In this document: positions 39,923 through 54,200 of the stretch, one piece after another
How the letters are laid out: every line of letters starts with the position of its first letter
How positions within the stretch are numbered: the first letter of the stretch is position 1
Source of the DNA: Paraphysomonas bandaiensis
Lineage: Eukaryota > Protista > Chrysophyceae
Direction of reading: 5' to 3'
NCBI GenBank assembly: GCA_965644295.1
Contig: CBFFRP010000141.1
Location: forward strand, 285,973-349,972
DNA: 64,000 nt
The notes under the pieces: model-generated
Databases searched by the model: none
What the model saw: the letters and a program-made list of their open reading frames with translations, nothing else
What the model was told of the DNA's origin: nothing
Program-made: the position numbers and the translations under genes

Positions 39923-41648
39923 GGATATCGCCATATCTTCTATGTACACCTTCACCCGATCATTACATCTCACATCCCTCCCATCTCTCTCCCCCCTCTC
40001 ATCAGACTATGACTCTGATGTTGTTATTATTGGTAGTGGTATTGTAGGGTCTTCTCTCGCTTATCATCTCACTGCTACTCATCATACATACAACACACAG
40101 AAGATCCCCTCTGTGACGGTTATAGAGAGGGGATCTGTGGGATGTGCTGCATCAGGTACCTCTCATTGCTTGTATTCTACACTTAGACTTACATTATACT
40201 CTACGTACATACATACATACATACACACGTATATATATGCGTACCTGTACTCTACTACACCGTACATGTATACTAATCTTATAATTCAGTCATATTATTT
40301 TAAATGGACTTGCATTTTACGTATGTTATTTGCTAGGTCTGAGCGCAGGTACCTTATGGTCCACTGGATATGGGAATGAATCATCACCCCTTCATACGGA
40401 GTACCTGTGCGCTGATAGCTTAGAAGTATACCGCGAAATAGAGAACAAAGGATATAACTGTGGTCTTACCAGGAACGGGATAATGGTGTTGGCGTGCACG
40501 AAAGATGAAGATGCATTCATACAAGAAGAATACGAGAATCTTACTAGACATGGACATACATGTAGTTATATTTCCTCCAGTGAGGGTATAGTGCAGGTTG
40601 ATACTGCACTACGTGGAGGTTGTGCAACATCTGCACTGTTTGCACCTCTTGGTGGGTACGTCGACCCACTCTTGGCTACTACTGCTATCAGCGATGCAGC
40701 ACGCGCACAGGGTGCTAAGGTGTTTGAAGGGCAGAATGCGGTGACGGTATTTCGTCTCGGCCCTTTTCCTGTTGAAAGCGATATAGAGGACAAGACACGT
40801 CGCCGATATGCTGTGTATTTGGATGACGGCAATTTGATATTCTGCTCTCATCTTGTGGCTGCTGGAGGTATATTTTGTGGTTCACCGCTTCATTCCTTGG
40901 GTATCTACGTTCCTGTAATGCCTGTGAAAGGCACAATGTGGGAATCTAATTCAGAGGCGGAAGTAGGGTCATCATCGCTCGCAGTCAAACACGTCATATA
41001 TGCAGCCGAAAGTGAGCTCGCATGGTCTCAGAGGAAAGAATCCTTTCCTGACTGTCCCAACTACTGCACCCATGATCGCAACGGGTTTCAGAGAGTGAGA
41101 CACTGTTACGGACGACCCAGGGGAGATGGGAGCGTGATATTTGGTGGTGGAAGGATTCCCACGACCCCCTCAGACACAGAGGTATGTGCTGTACAACGGT
41201 AAAATTCAGACCATATACTTCCTCTGTGAACAGGTGAATAGATCATGTGTGGAAGAGGTATTTCAACAGGTACAGGAAATATATCCCAATGTAGCAATTT
41301 TGGGAAAGACAGGGGGGGAATGGGCAGGCTTAATGCCTTTCTCTGTCGATGGGAAGCCTTTAGTGGGGAGTTTGAAAGGAGTGAGCGAAAGATTTGACGG
41401 TCTGTGGATTGCAGGTATGTTATTTAAAACAGCCATTGAAAATATCTAGTTACCAAGGATGGGTAGGCGGATTTGGGGGCGAAGGAATGATGTTAGGACC
41501 TGGAGTGGCGAAGCAGCTTGCAGTTTGTATTCGTACTGAAATAGATTCAACACTTTGTACTACTCGAGAGAAATCCAAAGCTAGTGAGCTACTCGTTGAT
41601 ATGAATCCCTGTCGTACTAATGGTGTGCGAAGAACAACAGAAGTGTAA
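39921..41648 (+). CDS. FAD-dependent oxidoreductase, DAO/sarcosine/glycine-oxidase family
   Basis: DVVIIGSGIVGSSLAYHL (GxGxxG), VIERG...ASG|LSAG, GYVDP, PVKG, WAGLMPFSVDGKPLVG and GFGGEGMMLGPG. Confidence 0.88.
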
Positions 41649-41911
41649 CAATATACCTCTTAAAGAACTTACCGGCCATGATTAATAACTTGTTGTGTGT
41701 TTGACAAGCTTTGTCACAAAACTTTGCTTAAGACAATTTGTAACTACCATGTCAAATCTGGAATATGGATACACTAAATTGAATGAGCCTTTATTCGAAA
41801 ACAATGAAAACCCAGCTTATACCGTCAACTGCATAATGGAAAGTGTGTTGTGTGGATATGGCAATGTTGTATGGGTTTAATGGTTGCATGACGTAGAATG
41901 AATTATATACA

Positions 41912-42815
41912 CAGAAATATATGGTAACGGTTTATTATTTAGCAATAGGCGTTAAAAGCTCCCATAATTACTAATTTTTAATTAAATAGCAGACTACGAA
42001 TTGCAACTACTTCTCGCTCTCCACTGGCACATCAGGATCTTCTTGCAAGGCTTCAGCCATGGCGGGTATAAACATCTCACAACATGTAATTGGCTCGTAG
42101 GAATAGCAACGATTCTAGACGCTCAGGAGTCATAATCAACTTTGTACGACTAAGAGCCTCACAACAACATTAGGGTGTGCTTCAATATATGAAGCAAGCA
42201 GCGGTAGTTGGACTCATAGAGGTACCAAGTCGAGCTTTCTTGGTGTCCAGAACATGCTTTGCAAAGTCAGTTCCCTTGAATTTTAGCCACTTGCCTTCTC
42301 AATATTTGCACTCTGGCAACAATGCTTGCATTCAGGGATAGGTATGAATACAGCTCTGGAAATTCTTGTAGTAGCTTATCAAAAACTGGCGGGCTTGGTA
42401 CAAATTGGTTCCGTCTCTTTGTAAGGCAAGCGTAACACTATGTAATTTTTCGAGTTGAGTGTTTGGGTTGTGATGCATATTGCTCAACAAACAATTTTCT
42501 AACTCTTATAGCATTGAGAAGATAATGGGCAAAGTTGCCACAAAGTACCTGTAGAGTTGCATGAACATTGTTGTCCAATATTGTTTAGAGTTTATTCGTA
42601 GTATAGAGGAGATACTATATTATCTTAAAAGCACTCAGTTCTATATAGCATATATCAAGTGCCTGTACATGTCATTAATGGCCCATTAATGGTAGTGCAG
42701 TTCCCGGCATTAATAGTGGCATTAATGAAAATGCCCGAACAATTATAATGCTGTTGCCGTTAATAGCCCATCAATGGCAATTAGTGCCATTACCATTACC
42801 GGTTACCAGGCCCTG
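41912..42815 (-). mobile_element. Decayed hAT-type transposon: transposase C-terminal relic plus terminal TIR
   Basis: Minus-strand fragments in 42010-42575: LHSVTLALQRDG, FDKLLQEFPELYSYLS, SRTKLIMT..PERLESLLFLRAN (hAT dimerisation-domain pattern). The right end (42801-42815) is the reverse complement of CAGGGCCTGGTAACC, with ATTAATGG subterminal repeats shared with the 37798 MITE. The left boundary is uncertain. Confidence 0.7.
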
Positions 42816-43412
42816 ATGCTCCCTGCGTTTGCTTTGAGTGATTGGATTGGTCGAAACTGGGTAAACCTTGGTGCTTGTGGTGACGCACAAGCAGTTTTCG
42901 TAGCTCTAAATATCAGAGTCTAACGCAAGTTAGTAAAACTGCAATGCTATATTAGTTCTGATTCTTAAGCGCCTGGTGCTAATAATATGATGTTCACTAC
43001 TACACTACTAGGAAGTTGCAATGTATGATTAGAAATTCTACCATAATTCTAATCACTTTAGCATTGAGCAAGATTCGAAATTGCTGTTAATGAATTTAAA
43101 TTATAAGATGTATACAATGCACTTTACTCATTACATTTACGTAAATACATAATCATGGTGTCTTGCATTGGTGATATCGTTTTGGTAATATAATGTCATA
43201 TGCAACTTGTTCTCATGACCATTCCCTGTGTTCAACACTTATATGACAACACCTTAGCAATGACTCCCATTTGTATTTTCTTACTTAATTCCAGTCATAG
43301 CTGACAATGATAATATATGTACATGTTCTACGGTTTTCATATGCATTAGAAATATAAATCCAACATAACTGTCCACAACGACTATCCAGACAATTCACAA
43401 AAATTTTCAATA

Positions 43413-46400
43413 CTAAGATAAAAACAGCACATCAGGATAAGATTCGAGAAGAATAGACATCGTGCGATGAAATAAATCTCTCTCTCTTGTAGATGAAAAT
43501 ACCATGTCAAGTGTCCTATTGGCAGTAATAATTGATAAACAACGTGCAGGGTCCAGTAAACCTCCTTTCAATAAAACTTTTGTCTGGACTCCTTTCCGAA
43601 CTTCAGTGATATCAGCCATTTTAATTGACTTTTCTAGTTGGGACCTGCTTCGGAACAATGTGAAGCTATCTTTGTTGCTAGATTTCCAAGATATCTCCTC
43701 TACAGAGGGATCGTAAAATACCAATTTAGATTTCGGGTAGCCACTAACTCCATGCTGCAAAACAATGTCAATACAAGTGTGGGAAATACGCAAACCGTAC
43801 CTTTACTACTTCATATCCATTCATCAATTTTTCACGGAGTGCTGTTTTACTCATTGAGTGCTGGCGCTGTACAACTGGAACTTCTAATGGATATTCCGTG
43901 GCATCCTCTGTTTGTTTGTCTTTCACACCACCATGGTCATCATCGGTTGATTTGCTCTCATACACATCGTCATTGTCGATTTCCGCATCTGTCTTGACTA
44001 ACCCAGTACCAGATGCACTCGAATTGAGTCTTTGCATTGCAGATGCATGACCTGACCCATCTTCAATCGACTGTTTACTGCTTGACGATGAACTACTGTC
44101 TTCTCTTTTGGGTGAAGTTCTTTCTGTCGCTGACGACTCTTTGGACTCAAGTCTTCTGTTAAGAACACGTAGTGTAGGTTTTTCAGCAGAAGTGTCTTCG
44201 AGCATACAAGGTATAGAGTCGCTATTTTTTGATTCATCATCATCTTTGAGATCTTCAACATCACTCTTCAGTACTACATGCGACCTCGTGTTAGATTCAC
44301 TACCTTTAAAGGAAATATCAGTGCTAACAGAGGGGAAAGTAGCGGATGCAGAGTTCATGGAAGCGTAATCACTATGTCTGCGGGAATTATCATCTATGCT
44401 CTCTGCAATAGAATGTGTGGACGACTTATCAGAAATTTTGCTACTCGATCTAGCTTTCAACCTCTTTTGTAGATTCAATTCTTTCGAGTTAACAATATCA
44501 TTGAATACACCACAAAAATCTGAAACATCAATGGGATCCACTGACTCACTATCTGATTGCTGAGTTCCTTCTACATACTCATTGCTCTTGAAAAAACGAC
44601 CACCATGATCGTGACTATCCCGGTAGTGTTCTTGGTCATACCGTCGCGACATATAGCTGGAATCACCGCTGTAACGAGTTGGCCTATCGTCAGCCAAGTG
44701 CTGCCTAAATCTTTCCCGACTTCTGCTGCGACTATGTCTCCTCCCAGATGTTCTATTATCAGGAGCCCTGCGACGCTGCTTTCTCATGGAAGCCGGCGAC
44801 ACACTGCCTGAAGGTTTAAAAGGTTTTTGTCGAATACTACCACATTCACTTGAACTATCATGGTGCCGAAGGAGAGATTTCCATCCTTTCTCCTGTTCCT
44901 TTGTGATCACCGTGTTATCATCACTTTCGGCGTGCATTTGGCGAGATCTAGACTCTGTTGGCTCAAACACAGTCTTCGGCATATTAGAAACAGGCTCTGG
45001 CATTTTTCGATCAAGTTTTCGTTTCATAAAGTTGTAGTTCTTGTGCCCACTCGTTGTATCAGCACTTGGATTGGAGTATCTTCTTGCTGTTACGTTCGAC
45101 GGTATATCACCACTATATCGGTTTTCAATTGGCTCATCCATAACTGAAGGATTTCCACGCACCCTACTTCGTAAGTGTTCTGGAAAGGGTATAGCGGTAG
45201 AGTGTCGGTCACTGGTGTCAATAGTTCGAGCTTTCACACTCCGTACAGACCGAGAAGATTTCGAAACTTCTATAGGAGATCGCAACGTATGAACAAAGTC
45301 CTTGCCAACATCATTAAGCGTTTTGCGCTTCGCAGGTTGTTGGGCATATGACTTCGTCGGAACCAGTAATGATGAACTCTCTGGCAAAACTACTCTAGTA
45401 TGCTTTGCAGTTGCGTTGCGACTCACAGTGCTTCTGCTCACAGTTGACCCCTTTTTAGGCTCAGTGTTAATACTAATATTCAGTGAACGCAAAGATGGTC
45501 TCATCAAATTGTTGACATATCTTACTGGAGCCTTGTGAGCGTATGTATCAACTGAAGTATTCGCTCCTGCACTTGCTGATGGGTTATTGAACCTCAAACT
45601 GGCAAAAAATTCGTTATGCTTGTCAACTAATGGTACAAATGAGTCGTCAGTTCGGGCATCAGATGTTCTGTGATTTCCCAATCCGTAGTGAGATGAACGC
45701 ATTTTGTTCATAACTGACAGAGTCGTTTTGTCGTACATATCAGTTTCAGGGGCAGCCAACATGTTCGAGACATCTACCTCCGGGTAACTGTACCATGTCT
45801 CATCCTCCAGAAGATACCGTACCGAATTTTTCTTTCGTAAGCTCACACGACTCATCATTGCTTTGAGTGATTCAATGTATCTGAAGGCTAGTGTCTGAGA
45901 TCTAACCAACTGGTCATACTGGTATTCCACCTCGCTTGGAGGGGGCAGCGGAGGAGGGGGAAAGTTTGAAACTAGAGTTGAGTCATCATCATTTTGATGA
46001 TCTGGTGGAGGCGGGTACCCGGATTCGTCGTCGAAGTACCCAGGAACACTTTCCCCAGTCAAATCAGCCACACCAAGTTCCCCGTTGCGGGTGTGATTAT
46101 TGAGCGTATTATTAGCACCCACCATCGGAGCAGACGAAACGGTAAAACTAGCTTCTGACTGGTTGTCTGAAATCACACGGGGAGATATAGTTCTCCATAG
46201 AAACATAATATCTTCATATTCCTCATCTGCTTCTTCGGCTGCTTCATCTAATAAGTCACACATGCGAAGATAGTCCTGAATTTCCTCATGGAGGTCAACC
46301 AAAAAATAGTATGATTCATGATACTGAATTTCTTCCGGATCAAGAGCGTTCCTCATTTCATTCAACTGTTCCTCAAATGCAAATGCAATTGAATCAAATA

Positions 46401-48828
46401 ATATCATGGAGTCATGACGGGAAATAACAGTTGCGTTCAAAGCTTCATCAGGCTTCATCATCAATGACTCAAGTCGACTTCGTAACGTTCCCATCATAGA
46501 CCGAGTATGGAATTCAAGCTGTTGTAACTCGCAATCGGGTTCGATTTCAAGAAAGCTTGTCCCTTCGTTATCGAGAGGAAGTTGCAGCAATCGTTCACAA
46601 CCCTTATTTATTTTCAGTCGCATTCGACTCACAATACTGCGTAACTTAGTATTAGCAACCCCAGTGTACACGGGATTGATATCTATCGGGGCAAAAAATT
46701 CCTTCGCGGTTAGCGTTGTTATAGCACTGGGGTGACTGTATACAGCAATAGAGAAGATTCGCCAAACACACCAAATTAGCATTCCGGCAGAGTCGACTAT
46801 TTGTACAGTCGAATAATTTTCTGACTCAACATAGCTGGAACCTTTTACAGGCCACCAGCTACGATGATCATAGTATTTACTCGCCAGCTGACTCAAATAT
46901 GGATGCTTAAAGGTGTCCTCATTATCAGCACTATCATTCTCTCCTAATATCAACTTAATTATATTCGGTAGTATCAAAAATTCAAGAATATAGGTGTACG
47001 TTCCGTCACGCCCACATATTTCAGCGAAACAGCGCGCAAGTGCAGTTGCGGTTGCAGGAAATACCATCACCACCTCATCTAGAAACCCACACTCAACTAT
47101 TCTTCCTGCCAGGGAAATTAACTTCGTAAACGTTACCACTACAGGACTACTAGACGCAGGGAGATCACCGTAAGTGCTGTTGCTATCTGTCATGGCAACA
47201 ATAGCTGGCATAACCGGTTTCCAAATCATTCTATAAAACGAGGAAATATCACGACGAATGCCATAACTTTTGAGAAGAATGGAGAGTATAGTAGGAGAAC
47301 GTGGTATTTTACCGTTGAGTTCATTTCCAGAAGGATTCGAAAACAGTGGACATTCAAGAGGCGTGAAACATGACATTCCACTTTCTATCTTGAAATTGGC
47401 GAGAAGCCTACACAGTAGTACTTGCAGTCCATTCGGATTCGTGAACAGCACACTTTCTTCGATATCGTTGCACACACGCTCTATTTCAGCATTTAATGAC
47501 TCCAAGAGCAGAGCTGTTGTGGAGGAACTATCCGCGGAATACGGATGCAACACCCTATGTAAGGCTGTAAAGGCTAACAGTGTCGCTTCAGGGCTGTCCA
47601 CGGGCATAGCTGACATCGCTGCCACAAGTATCTCCGGCTGGTTGCGTACTACATCAACCAGATGCTGAGCAATAGACACTAATTCATTGATGACGCCAGG
47701 AGAGTGTACATCATCAGCATCTCCGTATTCACTGCACTCCCTGTCTTTCGTTTGCGCAAGCACTCGGCACCGAATATCTCGTTTTTTCGCCAGCATAACC
47801 CGCAATTCCACCATGAGCTGGTGGACCTGTTCGTTGGATTCAAGAAGCCCTGCCGCAAGGCTACGAACTCCGAGGGCTGAAACTGCTTCAGGATGCTTCA
47901 TTGCCCTGTTTCGACTTCTCGTGGACGCCACGGAAGATGGCGGCTTTCTTGGTGTCATATGACTCGCCCTAATGTCCATCCACTTTTGTGATCTTTTGGA
48001 ACGGCGAGATGCGAGCGACATTGACACGCTTTCTCCTGTACGCGAATATACAGACTCGATGTCAGTCTTACTTGTATCCCCATCAAACTGTTCTCCAGCT
48101 CTTTCCATGTCGTCTCCAGTGGGTTCAAAAGAATGTGTGCCCTCATCTGGTGTGTAAACTGGAGGCATTCTTTCACCCACAGACCGTGACCGATCGATAT
48201 CTTCAAGGTTCCCTAGATGCTGCATGAGCTGCATCCAGTCCACACTTTTAGCGTCACTCAGGACACCACCTCCACCAGAATTAACAGGTTCTTCCGTTTG
48301 CGGTGATGCAGATTGACGGTTTTCCTGTGCTGAGGAAGTAGATTCCTCTGCCATCTTCTGCGAAGAAGAAATGTTCGAGTATGGGTGCAGAGAAACAGGT
48401 TCAGGCTCGCTATCACTTGAAGACATATCTTCAGCTTCGTTGGAACCGAGCGTATCACTTTTTATCATACTCTCTCCACTACGTTGCTTCAAAATCGAAT
48501 TTGCCGCACCACTATAGCCATCTCGAAAGAGACAGTGAGATAAACATTCTCGCAACTGTGGGGGATCCCAGCCACTCTGATTCAAAGATGAATTACTGTA
48601 AAAGTAATCTTTTTCGCCATCACTAAGATAAGTCTCTTTAACAACCCACCCTGGAGGAAGTGGTAATTTTCTAGCAGCATCAAGGGCCTGTATGATATAC
48701 GGATGCTCTTCAGACTCAACACCCATTCTCATATCTTTATATAGTTGACACCCACTTGTATCGATGGCTCGAATCCATCCCTTCGGCAGTGGGAGGTTTG
48801 ACTCCTCCGACTCTGATATATCATACAT
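43413..48828 (-). CDS. ~1800-aa protein: 2x WW - divergent RasGAP-like domain - long disordered region - C-terminal PH domain
   Basis: LPKGWIRA...EEHP and LPPGWVVK...YFYSN...SGWDPP (WW). ILSILLKSY...VFPATATALARCF...ILEFLILPNII (RasGAP-like). GYEVVK|HGVSGYPK...ISWKS...ITEVRKG...CLSIITANRTLD (PLC-type PH). Confidence 0.72.
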
Positions 48829-49679
48829 TACAATTGATATAAAAGTATTCAATTCTTCGGACAGATCACAGGATAGCAAAAAAATATATCAACTAATCTA
48901 AAAATATCTCTCAACTAGTCAAAAACTAGTGAATATATAACAATAAATATTCATTTGTATTGCATAAGAATATAACTGCTCTATACAGTATTCATTGTTT
49001 CTATTGATATCAATCAAATCAACTTTATACAGAAGCTGAATTCATTATGTTCATTATCTTCTATCACTAGAAGTAACAGTTAATGAAGATATTATATAAG
49101 ATGGTGTTTATATATGAGGATGGCTGTGAGGTAAGTTGGCTCTTGTGTATGTATGTTATCGCCATCTTGCTGTGTGTTGTTGTACTCCATAACTTTGAAG
49201 TCGAAGTCAACGAACACATGATACAGAATACAGAATACATTAATGTATACTGATTGTATATGAATATGATGACAGACTTTTTATAAAATCTACCCTTTTT
49301 TACTATTAGATATTGGATTTTGAGAATATATGAGAAAAATATCGGATTACTAACAACAAAGTATAGATTTTACCATGAAAATGGTAGTTCTGAAAAACGC
49401 AAGCTTCTGGATTCTACAATATCTAATCAAAAAGCCCCAGAAAATTCGAAACTGAATATTATAGTGACCCCATAAGATATATCCCAACTTATGTGGTTTA
49501 TCATTCGAGAAGTTTCGACTTTTAACTCCTTGTTTTTCTCTATCTCTAGATAACCACAGAGGAAAGTGGTGTGGGAGTTAATCTCAGCCGCAACACAACT
49601 CATACTTGCACCACAAAATTGTTGGACAAGTAGTATATACATCTATTATATATAGAATCTTGCTAAATAAACAGCAATC

Positions 49680-50915
49680 ATGTCAAAGAATGCAGTAGGT
49701 ATGTGAAATCCTTTTAATATATGTTACAATGATCTAATTTATTGTTTGCCTGTGTAGCTATTGCGAAGAAAAGGTGCGGGTTTAAATATATCATATTTTT
49801 AGGTTAATGCCTGGTATAGCGAAGGAAATGCCTTCTTCAAAGCTAAAGATTATCGTGCTGCCATAGAGAAGTATACTGAAGCAATTGCAGCCGATAATAC
49901 GGATGTTACTTTCTTTTCGAATAGAAGGTTTGTAGATTGTTTATACCTTCTTTTATGTAATAATCTGGTTTATTCAACAGTGCGTGCTACGCTGCTCTTA
50001 ATATGTGGGAGCAGGCTGCCGAGGATGGAAAGCAGTGTATTATTACAAATCGCTCTTTTGTGAAAGGATATTTCCGTGCCGGCCTCGCTCTCCAGAACCT
50101 CGGCAACCTAGAAGCTGCCCTGGACGTCATCAAGCGTGGTCTCGGAGTCGACCCGTCTAACGCTGACTTAAAACGCATGTCCCGTGAAATTGAAGAGGCC
50201 ATGCGTCAACGCCGTGTGGAAGCCGCGATCGAGACTGCGAACAAGCAATACAATGCTAACGAAATCAACGATGCCTACAAGACCGTGGACGCTGCTCTGC
50301 GCCTCGACCCCAACAATAGCACACTCAATAGTTTAATGGATCGCATTCGCCCCAAGTACGAAAGAGCTGAGAAGGCTCGTGTGGCTGGGCTTGACCGCAA
50401 TGAAAGGATGAAGGAAGAGGGAGATACCAAGTTCAAGAATGCTGACTTCGAAGGCGCTATTGCTTGCTACACCAAGTGCCTTGAGTCCCTTCGCAACGAT
50501 GTAATACTTTCTGCTGTGTTTCCTTACACATCCCTGACCTGTGTGCTGTTTTTTTTCTGTGCAGGCTCACCCTCTCGCCCTTAAGTGCTACGCTAACCGC
50601 GCGGCCTGCTACAAGCAGCTTTCTAACTTCGAGGGCACTATTTCTGACTCTACCATGGTTTTGGAGCACAAACCTGACGACATTAAGGTGACTTCTACGT
50701 TATTGATTTGCGTGCGCGTTTTCTCATTTGTCATGTAGTCACTCATGCGTCGCGCCCAAGCCAGCGAGGCAAGCGAGAGATACAAGTCAGCGCTGCAAGA
50801 TGTCAGACAGGTTCTTTCATATGGTCCCGAGGCCTGTGGTAAGGCCACATACGATCTCGCCAATGGCATGCAGCACCGTCTTAACAGAGTGATTGCTCAG
50901 CTGAGATCCGGATAG
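49680..50915 (+). CDS. TPR-repeat co-chaperone (STI1/HOP-like carboxylate-clamp TPRs)
   Basis: K..GNAFFKAKDY..AIEKYTEAI...FSNRSACY, KEEGDTKFKNADF, YANRAACYKQL. Two micro-exons (19 and 16 nt) at the 5' end. C-ending codon bias. Confidence 0.88.
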
Positions 50916-52102
50916 GCTTGATTATAGTTGACTGAATGCTATAGTTGGGTTTGGTTCTCAGTAGAAAAATCATGCACATGCATTACAACTGCTGTTGGTG
51001 GTAATGCGCAATATATACTACTATTATAACTAACAAGTTGATATCTACTATGCCATAATTTTTTCTATCCAGTTTTATGTTAACTTGCAATTGTTTAGTC
51101 AGTGTTGGAATAGATTTGGTGTGTTCTTGCTAAGTTTATGAAAGTGCAATAGACAATAGAGTAGTTCAGATTGCATAATTACATATAGTATCTTTCCAAG
51201 CTGTGATATTCTCTAACCTCCCTGTCAATACATAATAAACATGCCTATGAACACGTCATATCGTCTTGTGCGTGCTTATATATATCTCACCACCGTTCAA
51301 CTTACTCTTGTCTGTTCGTAGTTTCTAGAGTAGTGCAAGCATCTTACTTTAATTACCCTACATAGTAGCGAATATTTGATGATGGTAAATTAAAGGTATC
51401 GAGAGTTTTTATTTAACGCGGTGAAATGAGTTTGCCACATGTATATATTATTTATTTACCCTGCCAATGAACTCCGATTCATATTATACTTGTTGAAAAT
51501 AATTCCTTATTTTGAAAAGACTGATTACGTAGAGGTATGAATTACATCGCACAACAACTATTTGAAGTTTACATTATTTATCAATATTGAACGCAGCCTT
51601 TGTCTAGTGGTATTATTCAAGCACTCTTAGATGTCAAATAAAATTAACAGCAATACCCGTCGAGTATGCCTCTCCTCAGTGCAACACATTATAACTTTGA
51701 GTAACCGCACAGTTGTCCGTCTACAAGTGTTTCCTATCAAGACTAGCAATATGAGTCCCACTTGCAGATCCAGTCTGCCAACGCTTGTAATGGACACATA
51801 TTGTCCATAGCACAGACATCCAGAACGAGTTGAGTGTAGGGCACAGAATACAGAGTATTATTATTGTCCTATAGATTCCAGAACAGCTTAGCTTGTCCAG
51901 TAATACAGTTAAAATACAGTGTAGTCCGACATATCATATAATCAGGCAGGATCTTATGTATGAAATCTACAGTAACTTACATATATATACAGAGTATCAG
52001 TATATATATATATATAGTAAAGTGATCAGGAGTATTTCACATCTACACTCATTAACTTTCTACTTTACATACTCCAGTCATCCTGGATAAGCTTATAACA
52101 TC

Positions 52103-53264
52103 ATGATGCATGTATTGATAACTGGAAGTATTGTCGCACTCCTCTTTTATGTGTTTGTTTCAGGACCGTTACAAGGATATACAAGAAATAAACAGTTTGT
52201 AATGGCTCCACATAGTGAGTTTGATATAACACCTGGATCGTATATTCAAATGGAACATATAATGGAAAGAAAATGGAATGCGGATTCACCTGAAAGTGTG
52301 ATTGTTAGCCCTACTGGGGAGTTATTTGCAGGAACGAGTGATGGCTGGTTGGTTAAGCTGGAGAAGAATGGGGATACTGCTCCGGTGGCTCATGTAGCTG
52401 GCCGACCATTAGGAGGTGCAGTCACAAAGGATGGAACTGGAGTATATGTATGCGTTGCTGGAATTGGTTTGGTGTTTGTCGACCTACAGAGTAAAATCCC
52501 GGAGATCGTATCGACTTTGAGTGACGGGATGCCCATACGCTTCGCCGATGATGCAACCCTTGCCTCGGACGGAAAGGTGTATTTTTCGGATGCCTCTGTA
52601 GTTGCTCCGTGGGTAGAGAAATCTGGCGAGTATGCATCGCTTGGTGCTTCTCTGGTCGACCTCCTGAAAGGGTCTGGCACCGGGCGTCTCCTAGTTTTTG
52701 ATCCTGCCACAAGACAGACAACCACTTTGCTTGACGGACTATATTTCGCTAATGGGGTAGCGCTTTCAGCGGAAGAGGACTTTATACTGGTGGCTGAGAC
52801 TTTTGGTTTTAGGATCACAAGGTACTGGCTTACTGGGTCAAAGGCAGGGACTGTGGACTACTTTTCCACCCGTTTACCAGGAGTTCCTGATGGAATATCC
52901 CGGGCCGAAGATGGTGGATTCTGGGTTGCTATTAATTCTAAGGTGATTAGTCAATATTTGAGGTATATATATGTCTGATGACAATGCTTCTCAGGCGGAT
53001 AAAGTATTCACCACCATGGCCAACAGCCCGTTGCTGAGTTATATTGTTGCTCATCTGCGTCTCGATATCATTCCGTTGCCGCCGCCATTTGGGGCAGTTA
53101 TGAAACTCAATCAAAGCGGACTTCCTGTGCTAAACATATTGGACGTTGATGGTATAGCCACCATGCCCCTCACGTCAGTTATAGAGCACAATGGAGGATT
53201 GTATCTTGGATCTCTGAAAAACAGATTCGTTGGATACATCGACTTGGAAAAAATCAAGCAGTAG
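52103..53264 (+). CDS. Strictosidine-synthase-like / APMAP-family beta-propeller hydrolase
   Basis: N-terminal anchor, SPES, GRPLG, FADD, VYFSDAS, GRLL, LYFANGVALS, LPGVPDGI and LYLGSL. Confidence 0.88.
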
Positions 53265-53621
53265 TGTTCGTCTGTAGATGTGACTCATCTTGCATTGATT
53301 GCAATTATTTAACGATGCTAATATTTTGAATTGTATTGTGTTCCACTAGTATAATTTTGAGATTATTCTTATTTGTAATAATCATTACCAAATTTATGAA
53401 TTACAATGAGTTGCTTGCTGAAATCTGTAGTCATTACACATTTGGTATGTTAGTATTTTTACTTGTACTTGTTTAGAACTTAAATTCGGCTGTAAATAGT
53501 AAATAATGTGAGCACTCAACGGGATTCGAACGTTCATGATTGTTGAGTTCTGATGTATGATCTACATATTGTGAATAGTGAAAAGTTTGAAATTGGTGAA
53601 ACCACGTAGTCCTATGGAAAT

Positions 53622-53748
53622 CAGGGCTGCGTATCAATTAATTGTCCATTATTGAAATTGAAAAAATTAAAATTGGTACATCAAATCATAATTGCAATTG
53701 TAAATGACTACTCTACAACCTGCGTCAATTAATTGACACGCAGCCCTG
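53622..53748. mobile_element. hAT-type MITE, 127 bp (second family)
   Basis: 23-bp TIR CAGGGCTGCGT(A/G)TCAATTAATTG with 22/23 match. Flanks ATGGAAAT and ATAGAAAG are a 6/8 degenerate TSD. Confidence 0.8.
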
Positions 53749-54200
53749 ATAGAAAGAGTGAATTTTGTCCATTCAGTTGCTATACGTCTATATAAGTGAA
53801 ATTCAGTAATGACCATATGATAAACGGATATAAAAGGGAACATATATTTTACAGATTGTACAGATCATTATTATGTGAAGTGGTTAGCTTAATAATTATG
53901 AAGTACGTAATTACGTAGTGCAAGCGTGCAAGGAATGCTTCAATGAAAAGTCTAACTCTAACAAATAAAAAGTGAAAGCGATGGGAAATCCAATGCGACA
54001 GACTATATCCTGGTAGTACAAACAACCAGGTAACTGGCGTTCAAAAATTGCACTAAAAAACTCGATACCCACATTGCACGAAAGATATAGTTGAATTACT
54101 ATACTGGGATATATTGCATATATAAAGCGGCTACTTAATCAAATAAATTCAGGTTTATAAACTAGAAAATAAGAAATATCACACAAAAAAGAATACTAAA

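Noticed and set aside
39326-40012. YIHT/MYVC repeat ORFs
   Set aside because: Artefacts of the (TACA)n microsatellite.
12653-53264. Two six-bladed propeller hydrolases as a cluster
   Set aside because: Different subfamilies, ~38 kb apart, with no evidence of linkage.
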